A DNA stretch of 64,000 bases, taken from the human T2T-CHM13v2.0 reference genome, Homo sapiens. Below the pieces are notes generated by a model, which did not search any database, was not told the origin of the DNA, and was given only the letters and a program-made list of their open reading frames with translations. Below are positions 55,330-64,000 of this stretch, piece after piece; the first letter of the stretch is position 1, and each line of letters starts with the position of its first letter. The stretch lies in NCBI RefSeq assembly GCF_009914755.1, contig NC_060930.1. One strand, given 5' to 3'. The translations under genes and the position numbers were made by a program.

Positions 55330-57800
55330 TTACATCCATTTGTGGATTTTCCCCTTTATTATTCTTAAAATACACTTCAGCGTCTCATTAATACTTTTGC
55401 CTTGAGGGTCTGATATTAATATCATAACTCCATCTTTTATTGCTTAGCATTTACTTTCTATTTTCTTGTCTGCCTTTTTAACCTCTTTGAATTACTTTTT
55501 TTGAATATGTCTTTTGTATTAAGTATTTAGTTCGGTTTTTTGATCTAATCTGAAAATTAAGTTTATCAGATGAATTTATAGTATTTATATATATGGATAT
55601 AACAGATAATTTAGTCTTAATTGGTCAAAATTATATTGTCTGATTTTTAATGCTGCCTTTTTTTGTTTGTTTGTTATTGATTAACTGGGAAGGGGAGTGT
55701 TTAGTGGTGAAAGGGTAGAAGCATTCTCACTAAAATAAGGAGCAAAAGAAAGATCCTGCCAGCACCACTACTATTTGACTTCTTTAACCATTGTTTCCTG
55801 GAGGCAATGAGTTAATGCAGTGAGGGAAGAGCAAGAAATAAGAGTTAAGACAGGAACATCTAAGAGAACCAACTGCAAGAGACTATAAACAATTAGAGAA
55901 TTCAATAATGTGCCTAGTTAAAAACAACAGACATTAGTTCCTGTTTGTCTAAATGCAAAAAAAAAAAAAAAAGAAGAAGAAAAATGCAATAAAAGGGAAG
56001 AGGCCAGTAATAACAGCAACCAAAAAATTAAAATATCTAAAAATAAGTTAACAAGAAATACACAAGACCTATATAAGAAAACCATTTACATGCCACTAAG
56101 GAACAAAAATGACTTAAACGCATTGAAAGACAAGTCTTGTTCTTGAATAGGAAGGTTAGGTTCAGCATTGTAAAAATAGCAATTATTCCTAAACTGATAG
56201 AAAAATCTCACGCAGTCAACTTTAAAATTCAATTAATTTTTTTCTGAAACTTTACAAGATAATATTTAAAGTAATCAGGAAAAATACACATTCCAGAAAA
56301 TTCTTACAAAGAATAATATGGTGAAATTAGCCCATTAAAACATATCACAGAGCTTCAAGGCTAATTTGGTACTGTTTTACTGATAGGGTCTAACACAGAG
56401 TTCAATACAATACCCAAATACACGTGGAAATAGTTCACATAAAAAGGTAACATTTTTAATCCATAAATGGTATTGGTACACATTGGGAAAGAATTAAAAG
56501 CTGGACCTCAATTTTAATGCTTTTACTTCCAAATATATCAAAGCACTTTTTAAAAAAATAGATTTTAAAAACTGTCTTGTTTTTAATGTAACTGCGTTGT
56601 TTAGAGATTCTAGCCTCTTTGAATTCAATTTTTTAAAATTGTAGATATTCCCTTGTGCTATGACTTTTTCATGGTCAGTTTTTATAAACATTCAATGTAA
56701 ACTTAAAAAGAACGCATATTCTTTAATATTGCATAGGAGATTTTATGTACATATGTGTATAATAATCTATACAGATCAACCTTGTCAATTGTGTTCAGAT
56801 TTGCTAATCCTCATTAACCTTTGGCACATTTAGTTCTGTTTCTGATTGATAGACAGAAGACAGATAGATGGATGTAGATATAGATACAGATATATATAAT
56901 CCAGTGTGATTGCAGATTTGTCCATTTCTCGTCTAAATCAATTTGTACTTGGTTGCTCAAGACTATGTTATTAGAAGTGTATAAGTTCATGATTCTACCT
57001 TTTTTTTAAATTTTTTGTAGAGATGAGAGTCTCACTATCTTGACCAGGCTGGTCTCAAACTCTTGACCTCAAGCTATCGTCCCCCCTCAGCCTCCCAAAG
57101 TGCTGGGAGTCCTTACAAACATGAGCCACGTGCCCGGCCTATTATTCTACCTTCTTGATGGAATGTTCATTTTATCATCATTTAAAATCATTCTGTTTCA
57201 CTATTTATGTCCTTGCCTTAAATTTCTGTTTTTGACTGATACTAATATTGCTGTATCGACTTTTTTAGGTTAGTATATTCATGATGCGTCTCTTTTGATC
57301 CTTGTATTTTCACCTTTTTAATATAGTTTGTATTAAGTTTATCTCATAAATTATAGCTGAATTTTTTAAAACCCACTTTGATAAACTCTATATTTTAATA
57401 GAAGACTCTGATCTATTTGCATCTATTATAAAAACTAATGTATTTGAACTTATGTGTACTATTTTATTTTGTTTTCTGTTCACCATTTTTTCTTGATTTT
57501 TCCATCTTCTTTTTCATCTTCCACTGCATATATAATTTATTTTCTTCATTTTTCTTCCATTAGTTTTGAAGTTATAGATTTTGTCTTTTTAGTTGCTTAG
57601 TTTTACTTATCTATATATTTTGAACAAAATCAACAATTATTCTGTTTCCATTCTCATGACTACCTTAGTTACCTGAAGAAAACCAAAGCAGTCCTGGACA
57701 TCTTGTCTTTGAGCATTTTGGTTTTAGCATTTTTTAAAATAGTTACTTTTATATTAAATAATTAAGACAATTAATATATTTTTATCCATTTCTGTGCTCG
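55330..57800. mobile_element. Ancient L1M fragments in mixed orientation
   Basis: A-rich sense ORF2-like block ~55700-56500 ('aaaatatctaaaaataagttaacaagaaatacacaagacctatataagaaaac') between T-rich antisense blocks. Confidence 0.65.
57000..57139 (-). mobile_element. Alu left monomer
   Basis: 'gtagagatgagagtctcactatcttgaccaggctggtctc'. Flanking repeat 'attctacctt'. Confidence 0.92.
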
Positions 57801-58329
57801 TTTTCTCCATCCAATGCCTGGGTTGGCTTATCCATAACATACCATTTAACATACCATTTTTGCTAGTTCTTTGTTGAGTCATTGGCAGAATAAACTCTCT
57901 TAATTTACAGAAGTTTAAACTAGTGAGCTATTAATTTAGATGAGGATTAGAGAAGGGACATTTGATTTGTGTCCTGAGAACAGATGAATAGAAGTTTGCA
58001 ACACTACAAAATGAGGTGAGGTTCCAGGCACAAAAGCAGGGGGTCACAAACTGGCCCACAGAGTGGTTTTAAAATACATGCCAACATTTTAAAACAAAGA
58101 GATACCAGTAAGAAATCAGAATTTCTAGCTTCTGATGGAAAAAAAAAAAGTTTAGACAAAACTGGACTTGCACTGCCACAGGGCTGGAGTGGAGTAGTTC
58201 TGTCCCTTTCAATAGAGTACCGGCTCTTCTCTCCCTAGGGTCACCTGCATGTCCTCTGTGGGCCTTCGTGTGACCCCTTGCAGAAATTCCTGCAGATTTC
58301 AAAGATGCACAGAATGTATTTAGGAAAGG

Positions 58330-58940
58330 TTGTATCGCGGAAGAATGATAGAGTATGATCTTTGTTTGCACGAAGCAACTCCAGTGGGGCAGTGGGTGGG
58401 TGCAGGGAAAGGGAACAGTTTGAAAGCAGAGGAATCAGCTGGGAGGCTGTTGCAATAGTCCGGGAGAAAAATAATCAAGTGCAAAGTGAGTCACTAACAG
58501 AACTGAAAGAGAGGATATAGAATCAGATAATTTTTAGAAGCAAAATCAGAAAGAATTGGAAATGGGTTGAATGCTGTTTGTGAGGCAAAGTGTGTCAAAG
58601 ATGATTCAAACGTTTCTAGCTTTGGGGATTGTGTGCTGCCATCAATTAAGACAGGAAGCTCAAAAGAAAGCGAAAGTTTTGGTGAAAAACCAATTGTGTT
58701 TTATTTGTGACCTCTCCAGATCAGAGGCTATATCTTAGTTATCTCTATGTCTTCAGCTCCTAACACATCTCCTGAAAGGGGTTCAATAAATAAAAGCAGA
58801 ATTGAACTCAATTAAGTGTATCGATTTGTCATTGTTTGTGGGAAGGTCATCCAGGTGGAAATGTCCAAAAGTCAATTTGTCATTTTAGAGCACAAGAGAA
58901 AGGTTAAAGCTGGAATATATGTAGGTGTTATCAGCATATT
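58330..58940 (-). mobile_element. L2, degenerate
   Basis: 'gggaggctgttgcaatagtccgggag', 'gtcaaagatgattc...tttctagctt', 'catccaggtggaaatgtcca'. Confidence 0.75.
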
Positions 58941-59919
58941 TACTTTCTTGCCTGATTGACACAATTTATATTTTATTAAGGCATACTTATTGATAGTATA
59001 TCTTAATAAGTTTATGATTTTGTTTTTATGATTGCCACATGTATTTAATAAATTGCAATAAGTAGATACTGATATTTTCATCATCTTTTCTCCTGTGCCT
59101 ACAGCAGTATATATAACCCGTAATAAAATCTTTTTCACCAGAAGATATTTCTGACAGACTCTACGATAATAAATTTAATTTCTTATAGAGTCATCAAACA
59201 ACATAGAAATAACTTAAGTAATTTAAAAACTAATATTCAACTTTAATTTGACTTAAGTTTCAAGCAGCAATTAATTTCAGGAAAAGGAGGAATATTCACA
59301 ATGATATAGGTAACGTTATAAGCAAACATTGTTCACTCGAAGATAGTATTTACACAATGAGTTTTTTAAAAAAGATCAAGTAGCTATTGTTTAAACTGTT
59401 GACTTATTTTTTAGCCTAAATTTTTCATGCCCAGGAAAAAGAGAAACATGGTGTCCGTTTTCACATGTACCATATACTTTCTTTCCTGGGATTTCTCTAT
59501 TCCATTTCCTTTAAGAAGCATGTAAGTGAAAAAACAAAAAAAGAACAAACAAAAAAATAAAAATAAAAAAATCAAAGGTAGACAGCTTTATTCACAGTTT
59601 CCTGTGGTCTTCATCATCTTTCACAGTTTCCTATGGTACTTGATAATTCAATACTTAAAAGACCTCAAGGGAGCCCGACCTCATAACTCTGCCGTGTTCC
59701 CTGCCTGGAGATGCAACAGAATAGTGTGTTACCTTGGTGACCACTCTAGAGGAAGTCAGCATTATCCAGAGGCAAGCACCATCAACACCTATGATGACAT
59801 GGAGGAGAAGCAGGAATTCACCAGGGAGGGCTCTTTTCTATTTTCTAATTGATGTTTTTTCTCTTCTTTTACTTCTCATTGACAAAGGAGAGAATACCAA
59901 AAAAAAAAAAAAAAAGTAA

Positions 59920-61430
59920 ATTATGCTGTCTCCATGCACCTGTCACCCAGCTACAAAACCCAGCTCTTGGCTCCTGCTTATTTCATCTTTTCTCCCATCT
60001 GCTTCTTCCTTTTTCCACAAGTGGAATATTTTGAGGCAAATCTCCACTGTTATACTATTTCATTCATAAATATTTCAGTATGCACCTCAAAAAGATAAGA
60101 AATCTGTTTTTAAACACAGTCAAAATATCAGGCCAGGCACAGTGGCTCACCCTTGTAATCCCAACAGTGTGGGAAGATTGCTTGAGCCCAGGAGTTTGAG
60201 ACCAGCCTGGGCAACACAGTGAGACCCTGTCTCTACAAAGAATAAAAAATTAAAAAATAAAAAAAAGCTGGGCATAGTGGTGTATGTCTGTGGTCACTGC
60301 TACTTGGAAGTCTGAAGTGAGAGACTGCTTGAGCCTGGGAGGTCGAGGCTGCAGTGAACTGTGATCACACCACTGAACTCCAGCCTGGGAAACAGAGCAA
60401 CATCCTGTCTCAAAATTAAAAAAATAAAATAAAATGAAATAAACATAGTTAAAATATCATCATCCTTGCTCCTCCAAGAGAAAGTAATATTTTCTAACAT
60501 CATCAACTATTCATTCTGTGTTCAAATTTCTCTTACTGTCTAATACATGTTTGTTTGTTTGAGCTGGTTTGAAATTGAATCCAAACCAACCACATATTGC
60601 ATTTGTTTGACAGTTTTTTATCCCTTTCCATTAAAAGGCCCTCATTCCCTTTTTTCCTGGCATTTTACTTGTTAAGGAAACCAGATCATTGATTTCTGCA
60701 GGGTTCATTATATTCTAAGATTTTGTTACTGCCTCTCTATCATGTCATTTAATGCGTTCCTGTAAATTGGTAGTTAGACCTAAGAAGCATGACTTAATTC
60801 AAGTTCAAATTTGGGACAGAATATTTTGTAGAGGCACATCATATCCAGTTGTCTCTCTTTCGATGATATTGCTAGCCATCAGTGATCAGTGCCTAGATCT
60901 ATTATCTCTTGAGAGGTTTAAAATATGGTACTACTTTGTCATCCCTTCATCATATGTTAGCTCACATACACCTGTGGATAGAAATCTATCTTCACCAGCT
61001 CTGGTTATTCTGAAGATGTTACTTAGGAAAAGCAAGTTAAATGCTTGATTCTTTCACAAAGTATAAGTTTTTAGAATAATAAGTGGGTTCCCTAGCATCC
61101 TCCAAAGTTTAAATATCATTTTGTACTCATGAATTTTAACACGTGATGTGTTTTGATGTGGTTTTAATGGTTTCCTGTTGATGCTCAAATTGTCCCATCT
61201 TTGGCCGGTAGGAAGCTTCTTCAAGTTGGCTCCTAAGACTTTTTGATACAAATCCAGTCGTCTTTGTTGATTTCCTTACTCCTTTCTGTAACAAGATAGA
61301 TATCTAGTCTATTTCCTACTCCAAACTCGGAATCAGACCTTTCACCAAAATCCCCTGGCTTCTTTTAGTGGTATATGGTATTTGGAGATGAGAGTTTGGG
61401 TGTAATCTGATTATTAATGCTATAAACTGT
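59920..61430 (-). mobile_element. Old L1 (L1MC/ME-like) 3' region, interrupted by an AluJ
   Basis: 'gatgctcaaattgtcccatctttggcc...cttcaagttggctcct' and 'ataaatatttcagtatgcacctc'. Confidence 0.65.
60131..60440 (+). mobile_element. Alu (AluJ-type) with left-arm deletion
   Basis: TSD 'aaaca(c/t)agt(c/t)aaaatatca'. Confidence 0.94.
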
Positions 61431-61604
61431 GAGAAATACCAATCGTTTAATAAACTCAATATTCTTGATATCACAATTATTTGATGTATACTTAATTTCT
61501 ATGCTAGACTGTAATATCCACGAGGACGAGAACCACATTGATTTTTGCTCACCATTGTGATCTGAGTGCCACACAAGTGCCTAAACACACACCAACATTT
61601 TATA

Positions 61605-62007
61605 GATGGTTGATTAGTGTACCCCAAAACTCATGTCTGGAACCCCAGAATGTACTTAGTTAAAACGAGGTCACACTGGATTAAGATGGGTACAAAATCC
61701 AATGATGATATTCTCATAAGAAAAGGAGAGGACACACAGAGACAAGGGGAATAAGGCCGTGTGGAAATGGAGGCAGAGATTGGAGTTGTGCAGCTCTAAC
61801 CAAGGAATGCCAGGGATTGCCGGGAACCATAAGAAGCTGCAAAGGCAAGGAAGGGTTTGTTCCTAGAGCCTTCAGAAAGGACAAGGCCTTGCTAATACGT
61901 TGATCTCAAACTTCTAGTTTTCCAGAGCTGTGAGACAATGAATTTGTGTTGTTTTAAGTCATCCAATTTCTGGTACTTTGTTATGGGAGCCCTAGGAATG
62001 TAATACA
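61605..62007 (+). mobile_element. MaLR LTR (MLT1C-like)
   Basis: 'ggaggcagagattggagttgtgcagc...ttgttatgggagccctaggaatgtaataca'. Confidence 0.88.
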
Positions 62008-62046
62008 GTGACGATTAGATAACATTTTAAACTGCATTGGAAAGTG

Positions 62047-62359
<313 letters not shown>

Positions 62360-62390
62360 TGGAAAGTGTGACTGTTTAAAAATCACTGTG

Positions 62391-62570
62391 TGCCAGGCTT
62401 GGTGGCTCACACCTGTAATCCTAGCACTTTGGGAGGCTGAAGCAGGCGGATCACTGCCTCTTCAGTAATGCCTGTTCTTCTACCTCTGGCTTGCTCTTGA
62501 ATTCTGTCCTGGGCAAAGCCAAGAACTCAGCAGGCTAAGCTGCACTTTGGGGCTTGCCTGCCCTGCATCA
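62391..62570 (+). mobile_element. Chimeric fragment: Alu 5' ~65 bp fused to the 3' end of an ERV1 LTR (MER51-like)
   Basis: Alu stops at 'ggcggatcact', then '...aagccaagaac...ggctaagc...ttggggcttgcctgccctgcatca'. Confidence 0.75.
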
Positions 62571-62929
62571 ATTGTATCATTACACAAAAACATTCCTGCT
62601 CCTCATTCATTATTGGAAATACAGTACCCTAAACAGTTAAAGTTTAACATTGAGTAAATCAGTTTCCAGCAGCTAAAAACAAAATATCCTCACCTAAATT
62701 GTTTCAAATATAGAATGGATAATATTTAATTTAGAAATTATGCATGGCAACTATAAAGTTTAGTTATGACTTTACGTTAATGCCTTGCTCAGTAAGTGCA
62801 CAATTGAGAACTGCATACTTCTCTTTGTTGTAAAGGTAGGCCGAAAGTTTTTGGAGTGGATTGTCACTGAAGATCCCACCTCTAACTTTCTCCATGTTTT
62901 ATATCAGACTTGGCTTGATTGAGAGATTA

Positions 62930-63390
62930 GCTTCCTGTGCTAGAAACACTACTCAACTTTAAATCATAAGACGTGGATCTGAGCCCTGGCTCTGCTACTC
63001 CTAAGCTGTGTAAAACTGGACAGCCCACTTAAGCATGATTAAAAGAGAAAGAAAATGTATATAAGTATCTGAGGTCAGTGCCTGGTACACAGGTGGCATT
63101 TAATAAGGATGGGCAAGACATGTAGTTAGATCTACAGTGTAACAATTAGGAGTGAAGGGCTGTGGAGGGAAACAGAACAAGGTTCAAATTCTGATTCTGC
63201 CACTTTCTGGTTTAACAGTTGAACGAATTGCTTGGACTCTCTAAGCTTCAGGTTTCTCCTCTGTGGAAAGGAGGAAATAATTCCCACAACCTACAGTTCT
63301 CTGCAAATATTAAAAACCATAATCCATAAGAATAATTTAGCATAGTGCTGGCACACTGTACATTCTTAATATTTTTCTGGTTATTATTAA
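62930..63390 (+). mobile_element. MIR fragments (two)
   Basis: 'agacgtggatctgagccctggctctgctact' and 'ggttcaaattctgattctgccact...ggtttctcctctgt'. Confidence 0.75.
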
Positions 63391-64000
63391 TGTTATTTAA
63401 TGTTTCAGAATAGATGCTTTAACCATTCCAAGTTTTTGGATGTTTTAAATACAAAGATATTGAAATAAAATATTTTTTGGGCTACTTTTTTTAAAATTAA
63501 ATTCAGAGTAATTCTAAATTATTGTAAGCTAAAACCTGAACTTTAAAACGATAATAATGGTATTAGCAAAAATAAAATGTAAGAAAAGACAATTTTATCA
63601 CCAGGATTTAATACATAGAAGATGCATTCAACTCATATGCTTTCTCTCAAAGTGTGTTTTATTGGAATACCAAGATAGGTAAAGCACACTCTAATTTATA
63701 TATATATAAATTATTTTATATTAATATATATATATTCATTTTATCACTTCTGAGGCATTGGGAAATGACCTTCTCCCAGATTATCCCCTGTTCCCTTGTA
63801 CTCAATAGTCAACCATTAGAGATTTAATCCTTTTACTTAAAAATATATTCCCTGGAAAGAAAACAACAGGCTATCAGATGTGAACATCTAAGTGGAAATG
63901 AGGTTATCAGAAGCATTCCAAAAGAGAGCATGGATGCATAAATATTCCAGAAACAGAAATAGCAACTTACGAAAGGGAAAAGAAAGGTGAACAGATGCTG

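Overview
This is primate (human-like) non-coding genomic DNA: AT-rich, CpG-poor, with no CpG island. Roughly 40-50% by eye is recognisable interspersed repeat: about 25 Alu copies or monomers (including young AluY-like copies with intact target-site duplications, TSDs), L1 remnants, many L2/MIR/L3 relics, MaLR solo LTRs (THE1, MLT1), ERV1 solo LTRs (LTR27-like, LTR8B-like, MER4-like) and DNA-transposon fossils (MER47A, MER58, MER1B, a Kanga/MER104-type element). I cannot support any protein-coding gene, RNA gene or CRISPR array. The supplied ORFs are Alu/L1/LTR read-throughs or chance ORFs, so the window looks intergenic or deep-intronic, and I cannot name the locus. I found no convincing new biological system. 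The best leads are (i) local dispersed and tandem duplications of unique sequence, (ii) perfect palindromes built from transcription-factor motifs (a double octamer and a double E-box), (iii) a very closely spaced inverted Alu pair, (iv) an Alu/LTR fusion junction, (v) an ERV1 LTR cluster with an adjacent strong splice donor and a SOX+MAF motif, and (vi) several candidate non-coding exons. Repeat subfamily names come from my recollection of consensus sequences, not from a search. Boundaries of old repeats are approximate.
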